Shown here: one piece after another, positions 13,365-25,706 of the stretch
Layout of the letters: each line of letters begins with the position of its first letter
Position numbering within the stretch: the first letter of the stretch is position 1
NCBI RefSeq assembly: GCF_006345805.1
Contig: NC_043000.1
Coordinates: forward strand, 26,474,001 to 26,538,000
From: Octopus sinensis
Lineage: Eukaryota
Direction of reading: 5' to 3'
DNA: 64,000 nucleotides
Notes under the pieces: generated by a model
The model's database searches: none
What the model was told of the DNA's origin: nothing
Seen by the model: the letters and a program-made list of their open reading frames with translations, nothing else
Program-made: the position numbers and the translations under genes

Positions 13365-13608
13365 GCTCATAAGGGCCGGTTTCCCGGTTTCCTTGGCGTA
13401 TAGGTTCCCCACCTGGACGGGACGCTGGTCCGTTACAGGAGGAAAGAGTGAGAGAAAGTTGTGGCGAAAGAGTCAACAGAAGTTCGCCATTACCTTTTGC
13501 CGGAGCCGCGTGGAACTTAGCTGTTTCGCTCATAAATACACACATCGCCCGGTCTGAGATTCGAACCCGAGAGTCCGCTGCTCTAACCACTAGGTCACAT
13601 GTCTCCAC
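13365..13608 (-). mobile_element. SINE-C head + E tail
   Basis: Minus strand: gtggagac..agtggttagagcagcggactc..gttcgaatc..ctctcactctttcctc|ctgtaacggaccagcgtcccgtccagg..ggaaaccgg. Confidence 0.75.
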
Positions 13609-13765
13609 ATCTATACATATATATATAAATATATAATATAAGACAATCAGTTAGTTGCCATAATAATACTCAGAGTTTCAGATGCCCGAGCTAAAGGCTA
13701 CTAACTGATTGTCCTGTATTATATATTTATAGATGAATTCCTCTATTTATTTAACATTCATTCTT

Positions 13766-13833
<68 letters not shown>

Positions 13834-14099
13834 CCTACCTACCTACCTACCTACCTACCTACCTACCTATCTAAGCGAATAGTGATGTAGGAAGTCGTTT
13901 GCGGTACTAAAGCGATGCTTTATTGTATCTACCTGCAAGGGATTTAAAACAACAAAGTTGACATCAGAGGGATCTGAACTTAGATTGCTAAAAACTCCCA
14001 AAGAACTACCGCAAGACATTCTTTTTGACAGTTCAACTATTCTGAACAATTCATACATGCATGTCTCTCTGTCTGTCTTTCTGTATGCATGTATGTAAG

Positions 14100-14367
14100 A
14101 ATTTGAACTCAGAACGGAAAGACAGATGAAATACATATTTCTTTACTACCCACTAGGGGCTAAACACAGAGAGGACAAACAAGGACAGACAAACGGATTA
14201 AGTCGATTATATTGACCCCAGTGCGTAACTGGTACTTAATTTATCGACCCCGAAAGGATGAAAGGCAAAGCCGACCTCGGCGGAATTTGAACTCAGAACG
14301 TAACGGCAGACGAAATACGGCTACGCATTTCGCCCGACGTGCTAACGTTTCTGCCAGCTCGCCGCAT
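14100..14367 (-). mobile_element. SINE-A, head + unit + start of a second unit
   Basis: Tail A followed by gtatttcatctgtc..gagttcaaat; junction at 14135/14134. Confidence 0.85.
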
Positions 14368-14494
14368 CCAGCTTGCTGATAATAATAATAATAAAGAAAC
14401 GAAGTAAACTTAAATAGCTAAGGCCAAATACACCAGCTGCTTGTCAACGGAAATCTCAGTGCACAAAGAATATCTATACACGTATATGTATGGT

Positions 14495-14730
14495 GAATGC
14501 ACGTGGCCTAATGGTTAGGGTAACGCATTCGCGATCGTCAGATCATGGGATCGATCGCCGTTCTTAAGCAAAACATTATTTTCCCCTTGTTCTAGTCTAA
14601 TCAGCTGTAAACGGATAACCTCGTGACGGAAATAGCCTTCCGATCAGGAGAAATGTTGGCCTGATTGCCCAACCAGCGGCGTGGCGTAATTCGAAAGCTA
14701 AAACAATGTAAATCGCACTGTGATTAGCAA
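14495..14730 (+). mobile_element. SINE-D-type head/core + F tail, diverged
   Basis: Homologous to 44237-44545. Confidence 0.6.
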
Positions 14731-15772
14731 TGTATAACGATATTCAATAGTTTGGTCGATCCCGTGATACTATGATATACATATGAAATATAATACAATA
14801 TTAAAGAAGAAGAAGAAGAAGAAGAAGAAGAAGAGAAGAAGAAGAAGAAGAAGAAGAAGAAGAAGAAAGAAGAAGAAGAAGAAGGAAAAACTGTAACATC
14901 ACCTGCGGCATCCGTACGCGGCCTCTGCTGCAAACTGTACTGCCGATAGTAATCTCTGCACCAGAGTGACATCCCAACTTAAACCTTCCACATTAATAGG
15001 CTTAACCTAAATTCTACGCAGCTTGTCACCAAATTCTGCTCGCAATGTATCGGTCAACGCCTGGCTACTATGGAAGACTGGTTGCTCAAAGGTGTAAGCA
15101 ATATGATTGAACAGGAAACAATGCAGTTTTAAAGCGAACTTCTTCACCACGTATCCAAGCTTGCGGCTTCATATATAACACATATTGCCCACCCCATGAT
15201 ATATATTCTTGGCAAGAGGTTATATCTGAGATGGCGCATTGAGAAATGTAATTTCAGATTTTGTTTCGAGTTATAATGTATCATTCTTTTGGCACGCTTT
15301 TTAATTATTCTTCAATTAAATATTTTTATTTTTAGATATTGGTATAAAAGTCTCCGGTGACACCTCTGATCTCTGAACTCCCTCCCCTCTGTGTGTATGT
15401 GTGTATGTATATATATATATATATGCGTATGTGTATGTGTGTGTGTGTCCAAGCATGCGTGTATTTGTAATCTAATTTAGACTGACATGTTTTAAGTTAT
15501 TTTAAGCAAATTAAATTTAAATCTTACTCTCTCGTTGGTATATGTCATTTGTGAGTGTTTGTGCGCGCGCATATATTTCGCCGGGAGACTTCATCCAAAC
15601 CAGTGTGGGTTCGCTTGTTACGTATGAAACGCAAATCTAATGCGCTGTAGGAGTTATTCTCCTGCGTAACCCGACGCCATCTTCGATCAATATCGCCAAC
15701 TTGCTTAACAACTGGTTAGCGATGAGCGATGGTTCTGTAATTGAATTATTTTACTAGAATATATTTTACTAC

Positions 15773-16089
15773 TACGTGGAGGCGCAATGGTCCAGTGGTT
15801 AGGGCAGCGGACTCGCAGTTGTAGGATCGTGGTTTCGATTCCCAGACCGGGCGTTGTGAGTGTTTATTGAGCGAAAACACATAAAGCTCCACGCGGCTCC
15901 GGCAGGGGGTGGTGGTGGCGATCTCTGCAGTACTCTTTCGCCACAACTTTCTCTCACTCTTTCTTCTGTTGGCCTGCTCGCTTAGCCAGCGGAGTGGCGT
16001 CATTTGAGGGCTAAAACAATGCGAAGCGCATTGTGACCAGCGATGTGTAGTAACATCTGATAGCCTGGTCGGTCACAGTGTTCACGGTG
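15773..16089 (+). mobile_element. SINE-C head + F tail with 10-bp TSD
   Basis: tRNA-like head cgtggaggcgcaatggtccagtggttagggcagcggactcg..gtttcgattccc; atattttact at 15761-15770 and 16090-16099. Confidence 0.85.
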
Positions 16090-16791
16090 ATATTTTACTG
16101 TATATATTGGTTACATATTCACCGCCAGTAGTTTGAATAGATTCCATATTATAAAAATAAAAGAAGAAACACACACACTTTCAAATGTTATTAAAAGCAC
16201 TCAGCTTACTGGATCATTGTATTGCCGTTTACTTCAGTTTATTCACTTTTTATATCGCTAACTTAAATATTGTGCTTGAGTGCAACCGATGAGATATGTC
16301 CATATCGATAATAGAAAATGAGGCTTCTACCAATGATGGACAAAATATATAAAAATACTGTGCAGGCTCTGTCATTGGTGAAGGAATATGGCTTCATTAC
16401 ATGTACCATGCTTTCGCCAATCCTTTTAGAAGCCTGTATAGTTGTGAGCAAGTCCACCTTAATCCAGCTGATCATTTAGGACGTGATAGCTAGAGAAAGA
16501 GGGGGAGGGGACTGAGAGATAGAGATAGAGATAGAGAGGGAAAGAGAGGGAGAGAGAGAGCGAGAGAGAGAGAGAAGTAAGGATTGTACTAACATCTAGT
16601 TAGTGCTTATTGCAGTGGAATTGAATCTAAAAATGTGAAATGATGAAATGAATTAACTTGCTTTTAGATGAAGAGTGACACCAAGGCCAGGAATTGAAAT
16701 CACGACCTTACGGTCATGAGACGAATACTCGTAACCACTAAGGTAGGCCAGGTGCTTTCAAAAAGGAAAAAAGCAAAACAAAGCAAAACAT

Positions 16792-16985
16792 AGTAAAGAA
16801 ATAGGTATTTCGTCTGTCGTTACGTTTTGAGTTCAAATTCCGCCGAGGTCGACTTTGTCTTTCATCCTTCCGGGGTCGATTAAATAAGTACCATTTACGC
16901 ACTGGCGTCGATCTAATTGACTTAATCCCTTTTTCTGTCCTTGTTTGTCTCCTCTATGTTCAGACCCGTGGGCAATAAAGATATA
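16792..16985 (+). mobile_element. SINE-A internal unit preceded by only ~13 nt of an upstream tail A
   Basis: agtaaagaaatag|gtatttcgtctgtc at 16804/16805; no head present. Confidence 0.8.
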
Positions 16986-17442
16986 AATATTTAATTTTAC
17001 TTGCAATAGCCAGTTCTTTTAGTCAAACTATCGTATCTCCAGTTGCTTCAGATGCCATGATATGAAAATGATCAAAGTGTAGTACAACGGTTGAGCATTT
17101 TTCACATACGACAGTTTCGCAAACATATTTCTGACTGAAAATATCGTACATGCATGGAGTTACGATTTTATGCACCCAACAAAGTATTATTGTTAAGCTG
17201 AAACTGTTGCTAATGTAAAAAGGAATGGAATGGTGAAACTATTTTTTTCTGTTTTCTGAAAAAGCAACGTTTTGCACTTACGACACTTTCGCATAATAGC
17301 AACGATTATATATATACATTTAAAATAATAAAGATGAAAAATTGAATATTAATTTGATTAATATCAATTTAAAACCAATGGCCTAGCATATAGAAAAATC
17401 TGAAGTTTCAGAAAAATTATATTACATACATACATAAATATA

Positions 17443-17475
<33 letters not shown>

Positions 17476-17478
17476 GTA

Positions 17479-17516
<38 letters not shown>

Positions 17517-18241
17517 TGTATTTTCTTTACTGTATCTCTATATTATTACTTGTAAGTCCACATACATACATACATGTTTATAATTGTGCCAATATGGAGT
17601 CAGCTGAAATAGGGCAGCTTATAAGCACCATATAACTGGGTCTCATTATGTTTTTAAGCCACCGCCCCACACTATGGGATAATATTTCTTGATAGAACCG
17701 GATTATAACGTTCTTCAGGTCCGGCACATCTAACATTTGTTTGTAACATCTGTTGAAATAACTGAATGTATTCTAGTTCGTTCTGTTTTAATTCCAGAAT
17801 CACATTTGTAGACGGAGCTTTAGTCTGAACCTCCTGCCTAACTGTATTCCTTTATTCCTCTATTCCTCATAAACCGTTCTCCGTTGACAAGCATTAATCC
17901 GTTAGTAGGACTTGCTGTTTTTCTAATCCCCTCTTTCGCAGTTATATATCACATCTGTTGATAGGGAGCAAGTAATATTTTTAAGCCTTTCACTGTCAGC
18001 TGAAGATCACATCTATTGGTAGGAGCGTGAGCTTTAAGTCCATCCCCGGTAATTATACATCACATTCGTTGACAGAGATGAAGAGGCATTTAAGCCTCTC
18101 TTCGTCAGCTATTCATCATGTCTGTTGCTATCAGTAGAATATGTTTGCATGACATGAAAAACGGCAGGAATGCACTAACATGCAGAGGTGCATCATAATC
18201 ATTCCCTCCCCTTTTCTTTGTTGAATATTTTACAATGTAAA

Positions 18242-18975
18242 GGCGGCAAGCTGGCAGAAACGTTAGCACGCCGGGCGAAATGCTTAGCGGTATTTCGTCT
18301 GCCGCTGCGTTCTGAGTTCAAATTCCGCCGAGGTCGACTTTGCCTTTCATCTTTCGTGGTTGATTAAATAAGTACCAGTTATGCACTGGGGTCGATATAA
18401 TCAACTTAATCCGTTTGTCTGTCCTTGTTGTCCCCGCTGCGTTTAGCCCCTTGTGGGTTGTAAAGAAACGTCTGTCTTTACGTTCTGAGTTCAAACTCCA
18501 CCGAGGTCGACTTTGCCTTTCATCCTTTCGGGGTCGATAAATTAAGTACCAGTTACGCACTGGGGTCAATGTAATCGACTTAATACCTATGTCTGTCCTT
18601 GTTTGTCCCCTCTATGGTTAGCCCATTGTGGGTAATAAAGAAATAGGTATTTCGTCTGTCTTAACGTTCTGAGTTCAAATTCCGCCGAGGTCGACTTTGC
18701 CTTTCATCCTTTCGGGGTCGATAAATAAAGTACCAGTTACACCTTGAGGTCGATGTAATCGACTTAATCCGTTTGTCTGTCCTTGTTCATCCCCTCTATG
18801 TTTAGCCCCTTGTGGGTAGTAAAGAAATAGGTATTCCGTCTGTCTTTATGTTCTGAGTTCAAACACCGCCGAGGTCGACTTTGCCTTTCATCCTTTCGGG
18901 GTCGATAAATTAAGTACCAATGGCGTACTGGGGTCGATCAAATCGACCGGCCCCTTCCCCCAAAATTTCGGAAAA
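18242..18975 (+). mobile_element. SINE-A tetramer flanked by one 17-bp TSD
   Basis: gaatattttacaatgta at 18223-18239 and 18976-18992; unit junctions at 18469, 18647 and 18831. Confidence 0.92.
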
Positions 18976-19324
18976 GAATATTTTACAATGTATACAACTT
19001 CAAAATATTGGCTCTTTCTTCAAATCAATGCACAGAACAACTCAAGCAAATTTATTCATTGAATGCATTCATTTGCACGCGCTGTATATCAAAATTACCA
19101 TATAGATGTAATAATCCATACATCTATTTAAAGTATTATGAAAGTCAATATATGAACCTTAGCTATAAGTGAATAGATCTTCACCGAAATCTCTTTGGTT
19201 ATATTTTAGTGTGTTTAACAAAAACAGTGTAATGTCATGAACTGATTAAGAGTTCGTACATCTTTGATGTTCTTTCGACCTCCGTATTAGTCCACAATGT
19301 AGCGTTTTATATTTTCAGTAAAAG

Positions 19325-19665
19325 GGTAAAGAACCCCTTCGGTCATGATGACCATGAGAATGCCACTAGAAAGTTACCCCATAAGGCACAAGTCCGGGCG
19401 AGGTTGTTCACGGAAGACCAGTAGTTTCCAGTGCATACCAGCCTCCCCTCTCCACGCCACTAATGTTGTCCAAGGGTAAGGTAAAGGCCGATACAGCTTG
19501 GCACCAGTGACGTCGCAACTCATTTCAACAGCTGAGTGAACTGGAGCAACGTGAAATAAAGTGTCCTGCTCAAGTGCGCAACGCACAGCCCGATCCGGGA
19601 ATCGAACTCACTACCTCATGATTGTGAGCCCGACGCTCTAACCACTGATCCATGCCCCTTCACAT
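19325..19665 (-). mobile_element. SINE-D (tRNA-like head gtgaagg..agtggttagagcgtcg, D tail)
   Basis: Near-identical copies at 20585-20920, 33130-33440 and 63135-63400. Confidence 0.85.
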
Positions 19666-19689
19666 ATTTTCGGTAATTACTCAAGAACG

Positions 19690-20000
19690 TCCTGTATCGG
19701 ACACACGCTAGCCTCTCAACCATTGGTATACTGTCTCTTCTCTCTGTCTTTTTTTTATTGCTACTATATTGGCATCCGTTCCTCCGACAGGTCTCGTACC
19801 TCCAGTACTCAACACCTCGATCCACGTGGCTTTCAACCACTCATAACTCTCGTCTCGTCTAATCCCACACTCACCATTATACCCACTGCTTTCTCCCCAG
19901 AACATCGTCCCTCTGGAATCTCCTCCTCACTCATGTCTTGAAGCAGACTATGAATGACAGTTCACCAGTCTCCAGTTCATTCCTCCAGACATAGAACCCC
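19690..20000 (-). pseudogene. Heavily decayed L1/Tx1-like ORF2 C-terminus
   Basis: Minus frame gives TVIHSLLQ..AVGIMVSVG..TRVMSG, resembling the ETxxHxLxxC knuckle and downstream helix of the 23148 ORF; many stops. Confidence 0.35.
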
Positions 20001-20475
20001 CCCCCCCGGAAAATTACTTATGACTGAATCAATGTAAATTACAGAGGTAAGACCCGAGGTTGCTAATTGTCGTTACATTGTCACCGACTTCTGGTTAAAT
20101 TATCAATGGTTGATGTCTATTAATATTCTATCTTGTTCTGAGTCTATGGCCATAAAACTTAACTTTTCATAGCATAGTCTACCTGGTTGTAAATATGTTT
20201 TAAGCTGAGGATCTTTTGTCGTTGTCATGTAGAAGCAGATGAAACTTGAACAATGAAACATACTTAAAAGGGTTCAAGCACTGAGCATCTCATTATATGC
20301 ATTCCTCACCATTTTTTAAGGCATTGGGGATACATTTTATCGAGGAATTTTGCTGCTATTTCTGGCGGATCAAGCGACCGTGTTGAGACTCCTATCACCG
20401 TAGGCAATGTTAGCCTGTTTTAGCTTGCAAGTCTGAATTGAAATTCTCTCATGATCTAAATCTTAACAATATACC

Positions 20476-20506
<31 letters not shown>

Positions 20507-20584
20507 GGTCCCGGGTTGAGTCGGGGTTAACCACAGTAAATAAGGTACTCAATACATAGCAGAGTAAATTAATTTATTATGTAG

Positions 20585-20920
20585 AGGAAACACCTTCGGT
20601 CATGAATGACCATGGAATTGCACCTAGAAAGTTACCCTCCGAGGCACAAGTCAGGGCAAGATTGTGTGTGGAAGGCAAGCTGTCGCCCATGCATACCAGC
20701 CTCCCTTCTGCACATCACTGATGTTATCCAAGGGAAAGGCAAAGGCCGATACAGCTTGGCACCAGTGATGTCGCAACTCATTTCTATAGCTGACTTAACT
20801 GGAGCAACGTGAAATAAAGTGTCTTACTCAGGAACACAGCGCACAGCCCGGTCCGGGAATCGAAGTGACAACCTCACGATCGTAAGCTCGACGCTCTAAC
20901 CACTGAGCCAATCGCCTTCA
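20585..20920 (-). mobile_element. SINE-D
   Basis: Homologous to 19325-19665. Confidence 0.85.
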
Positions 20921-20951
20921 CACACACACACACACATACACACACACACAC

Positions 20952-21011
<60 letters not shown>

Positions 21012-22210
21012 CACACACACAATCCATTATATATAAAGAACAGTTCATCAACTGCATAGGCTTGTTCAGGCTATATCACAGATGTATATCGCATTTTTAA
21101 AACTACATATCATTTAAATTATGTCGCAGTTTTACGAGCGATCCTACTCAGCTAGAGAAATTGAGACACATCTCAGTGCTTTGATACGGATGTTAGCAAA
21201 TAGCAGACTTGGGCTATGGAAGAACTTGCACTCAAAACTTGTAGATCTAAGAGCAATCCTGTCTTCCCATTGCTTGTGGGACGATTACACGCAAAATGTC
21301 CAACAGACTTCCATTGCCCACGGGAACACTAATACAGTATAACAGGTATAGGCTTTTTCTCAGAGTCAATGTGGCTTATGATGTAGTTCATTGTACGAAT
21401 ATACGTAACGGAAATCTGATGAACGCCTTATAATCTCAGATACTTGCTGCCCAAACTATTCGTTGATAGATTCAAGACAAGTCAATGAATGATAAGCAAA
21501 TACGTTATCGATCTTTCATAAATGAAAGGCATAGCAGACGTGAAAATGAATTGAATTCAGGACAACAAAGCACCGAACTATATAAAACATACAGATTATC
21601 TCGCTGGCAGCAGACGACACTGATTTCACTGATTAATGTTTCCCATAGATAATATATCCACCATTCATGTTTTAGTTTCGTATTTTCTTTCTATATTTCT
21701 GTCCTTCTGCTTCAATCTCTCTCTCTCTCTATCTGTTCTCTTCTGCTTTTATTTCCATCTTTTCTCTTTTCCTTTCTCTTCTTCTCTTTCTGCCACTTAC
21801 TCTATCACTCAAATTTTCTCTGTCCATGCACATATAAGATATAATACGATTATCAGTGCTCCGTTAATCCATCTTTGACACTAAAGACGCAACAGTAAAT
21901 TTCTCCATTGGACAATTCACCAAGCAGATTGCACAATTTTTTTATTGTTTGTACGATTTGTTTCCAGCTTATTCTGTGTCTGTCAGATTACATATCCATC
22001 TCTCTAATGACCTACACAACACTAGGTTTATGTTGAAGTAAAGACAAAGACGTACGTCTCACTAAAGTTCGTTTCTAATAAAGATCTACCTCGAGCTTAA
22101 AAAGAACCATTTCTCTATCAAGATTATGAGTTTTTAAAGGAGACATCTTGATTAAAACTCTGCATCGTTAAACAAAAACATTTATGAACAAAAACCGTTT
22201 ATAAACATGA

Positions 22211-22478
<268 letters not shown>

Positions 22479-22484
22479 ATAATA

Positions 22485-22552
<68 letters not shown>

Positions 22553-22569
22553 CATCTATCTATCTATCT

Positions 22570-24416
22570 GTGCTAGCCAAGAGGTTGGCGCTTGTCATCG
22601 AGAAACTGGTCGACAAGGCGCAAACATGCGCCGTGCCAGGCCGGACCATCCATGACAACCTCCATCTGATGCGCTACATCATAGACAGGGTAGTTAACGA
22701 ACCTGGCATGGGTGGGGCCCTGATCAACTTGGATCAATCGAAAGCCTTTGATAGGGTAGACCATCGATACTTGGAGGCAGTCCTGAGAGCGGCTGGTTTC
22801 GGTCCCGTCTTCCGCGGCTGGATAGCTGCCTTGTACAGAGGCATCCGTTCGGTAATTCGCGTAAATGGACATCTATATCGAGACCTTTCGACATTGCACG
22901 TTCGGTTCCGTCAGGGATGCCCCCTCTCGGCGCTTCTATACGTATTGACTCTTGAGCCACTACTGCGGAAGCTGGCGACTCTAAGGGGCATCCCGCGAGA
23001 AATGGGATGCGGGACGAGCGTGTCTGCATACGCGGACGACGTCACCGTCATAGTGTCTAGCCACGAGCACATCGAGCTGGTCGGCGAGACACTGAAAAAC
23101 TACGAAGCGGTGACAGGAGCGAAAATCAACCGGGAAAAGTCAGTGGCTTGCGACTAGGCCCTGGAGAAGCAAGCCCATGCCGTCCACCAGCGCCTCCGTC
23201 GTGGGACGCTGGACCGACGGCCCGGTTGAGTTGCTCGGGGTCTGGTTCGGTTCCGGACCTCCAAGTGGAGAAGAACTGGAACGAGATAACGAGTAGGGTG
23301 GTCACTCTCGCCCGGCAATGGGCCGAGAGGAAACTGTCCCTAAAAGGTCGAGCGGAGGTGGCGAACACGTACATCGCGTCCGTCATCTACTACCGCCTGA
23401 CCGTCGTACCTTGTCCCGACCCTACCATCACCAAACTACAACGCATCCTCTTTCGCTTCTTGTGGAAAGGATGCGTCCCGATGGTCAGGCGATCCATTTG
23501 CTGTCAACACCCGTTAAAAGGAGGGCTGGGCATGCCGTGGTTGATGATGCGCAGACACGCGCTGAGACTGCGACATCTCTGGCTCTATGTAGACGACGGT
23601 GAACAGGTGTGGTCGCCGTTTGTGAGGCACGCTTTCCCGCAGCTCGTCTCCATGACCGAACTGCAGTCGTGGATCAAAAAGAGGCCGAGGAAGGGCGAAT
23701 GGCACCGCGAGTGTCGCGTTGCTCTCAAGCAACTCTGCCGTCCTGGGTCGACCTTAAGTGACTTCAACACAACCAAAGCATTCTATAGGGGTTTAGTGGA
23801 GGGGAGGTACGACGACGAGCTCGGGGCGAACCTGGACGTCGACGAGGAGTACCTGACCCGCCTGTTCGGGACGACTTTCGGGCCAGGGCCCATGGACAAC
23901 TTCCAGAGATCCCTGGCCTGGCAGTGCTACCGAGAAGCGCTACCCGTTCGGGATAAGCTCTACAGACACGGCTCGAGAAACACGGGGCCGACCTGCCCGA
24001 GATGCGGTCAGAGCGACGAAACGTTCTTTCTGCACGCACTCGTTCAGTGTCCAACAATTTCCGACCTGTGGGCTTGTGTCGAACAACTGCTGTCACGTGT
24101 GGGACGAGTCGGTTTATCAGCTGAGTCTATCGTCAATATTGTCACGCCTCCTTCCTTCAAACGGGAAGGAAGAGCTATTTTCATCATCCTTGTGGCTATG
24201 GCGAAAGAATGTATCTGGTGGACGCGTCTGAAAGGATTGGAGACAAACACTTTCCTCTCTGGTCAATCTCTCATCAACTTCTTCAAGTACCACTTGAAAA
24301 GGAAAGTGAGAGTAGAGAGGCAAGTTTTGTCTAGCGAATGTTTTAAAAAAAGATGGGTGGATGTAGCAAGAATGGCACGTATGAATGACGAAGCCACCTT
24401 GAGCATAGTCCTATGA
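22570..24416 (+). pseudogene. ORF2 remnant (reverse transcriptase + C-terminal CCHC knuckle), frameshifted
   Basis: Motifs LDQSKAFDRVDH, RQGCPLS, YADD, KINREKS and CPRCGQSDETFFLHALVQC; small indels near 22876-22908 and 23146-23252. Confidence 0.9.
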
Positions 24417-24708
24417 ACCCAGAAATCGAAAACAGAGAGTTGCTTATTTGCAAAAAAAAAAAAAAAGAAATATAAAATGTGACTTCATTGACCGAGGTTA
24501 CCGTGGTCTTTTCCGTAGGCTTTTCTTTCCACAGGTAAACCTCACCTGTCCTCCCCTTTACACTTCATATTGACATTTCTGTGATAACGATCCCTATTGA
24601 TCAATTTTTTTTCCTCTCCCCCTTTTTTTTTAATTTTTTTAACCCCCCCCCTTTTTTTTGTCCTCTTTCTCTCCTTTTACGATCCCTTTTGATCGAAACT
24701 CTCCCCTT

Positions 24709-24760
<52 letters not shown>

Positions 24761-24832
24761 CTTCAAAAGAAAAGCTCTACCTTGTAATTTGTTCTATCTG
24801 TGTGCAGCCCTGTGTGGCTAATAAAGAAACAT
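22570..24832 (+). mobile_element. 5'-truncated L1/Tx1-type non-LTR retrotransposon inserted in (TCTA)n
   Basis: RT-encoding ORF2 remnant, ~415-nt 3' UTR with internal poly-T, ending AATAAAGAAACA directly on TCTA repeats; 5' end also abuts TCTA repeats. Confidence 0.93.
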
Positions 24833-24876
24833 ATCTATCTATCTATCTATCTATCTACCTATCTATCTATCCATCC

Positions 24877-24916
<40 letters not shown>

Positions 24917-24957
24917 GTCTATCTATCTATCTATCTATCTATTTATCTATCTATCCG

Positions 24958-25706
24958 TCGACACACCTACATGCCTATATATGTCTATACAAATACATCT
25001 GGTGATGTGGATATGAGCAAAGCCCACAAAACTTTAGCGTAGAACTGAGTGGAATTGTTAATAAATACGAGTAACTCCGACCTGATGCGCCCAATGTTTT
25101 CTTTCGTTTCTTCACTTAGTCGCATATGTATGGATGTCTCTTCTATTTTTTCAATTATTATAAATCTTCCACTGAGGAGGGAGCCGGTGTCCAACAAAGA
25201 TATAAGGCTCCATCTTTGGGATGTAGTTAATAGAGACAAATTCACATTTGGAACTTGAGAAAACTCTTGCATATTTTTATTCTTCCACTCACAGATCGAA
25301 CATGTAAACTACGAATTAGCCGGTCGATTTCTCTTTCTGAAAATCCCAGTTTACCCAGATTCTCCTTTAAGCATTTAGTAACAAAATCTAGTGCTCCAAT
25401 TATTATTGGTATGAATAGGAATTCATTGTCTGAATATAGAAGCTGGAGATTTCGAAGCAGCTGTACATAGATATCCTCTTTTTATTTGATTTTCAAAGAG
25501 ATATTTATATCTGCAGGGCAACTGACCTCTATGATGGTACATACCTTTGCCCCTCTGTCCCAAACAACAATAACTGGCCTGTTATGCTAACATTTGACAG
25601 AAGTTTTGATGGGAATATTCCACCAGTATTCCTTGAGTTGGTGTTTATGAATGTATTCCATAACAGAAAGATTTTCTAAGTTTATTTCAGGATAGTCTTT
25701 TTTGCG
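24958..25706 (-). pseudogene. 3' end of an RLE-clade (R2/R4/NeSL-like) non-LTR retrotransposon
   Basis: Minus frame reads WWNIPIKTSVKC*HNRPVIVVWDRGAKVCTIIEVSCPADINISLKIK*KEDIY..FIPIIIGALDFV..SVSGRIKICKSFLKFQM* (terminal stop 25242-25244), a decayed PD-(D/E)xK-type endonuclease region. Confidence 0.85.

Noticed and set aside
15050-15160. GRLVAQRCKQY resembling the copia RT motif KARLVAQG
   Set aside because: Single short match with no flanking RT motifs or LTRs.
15773-15860. tRNA-like sequences at SINE heads
   Set aside because: No acceptor stem closure; they continue into SINE cores, so they are not tRNA genes.
18242-18975. CRISPR-like regularly spaced repeats
   Set aside because: Units are ~184-bp contiguous SINE cores with no unique spacers or cas genes; eukaryotic context.
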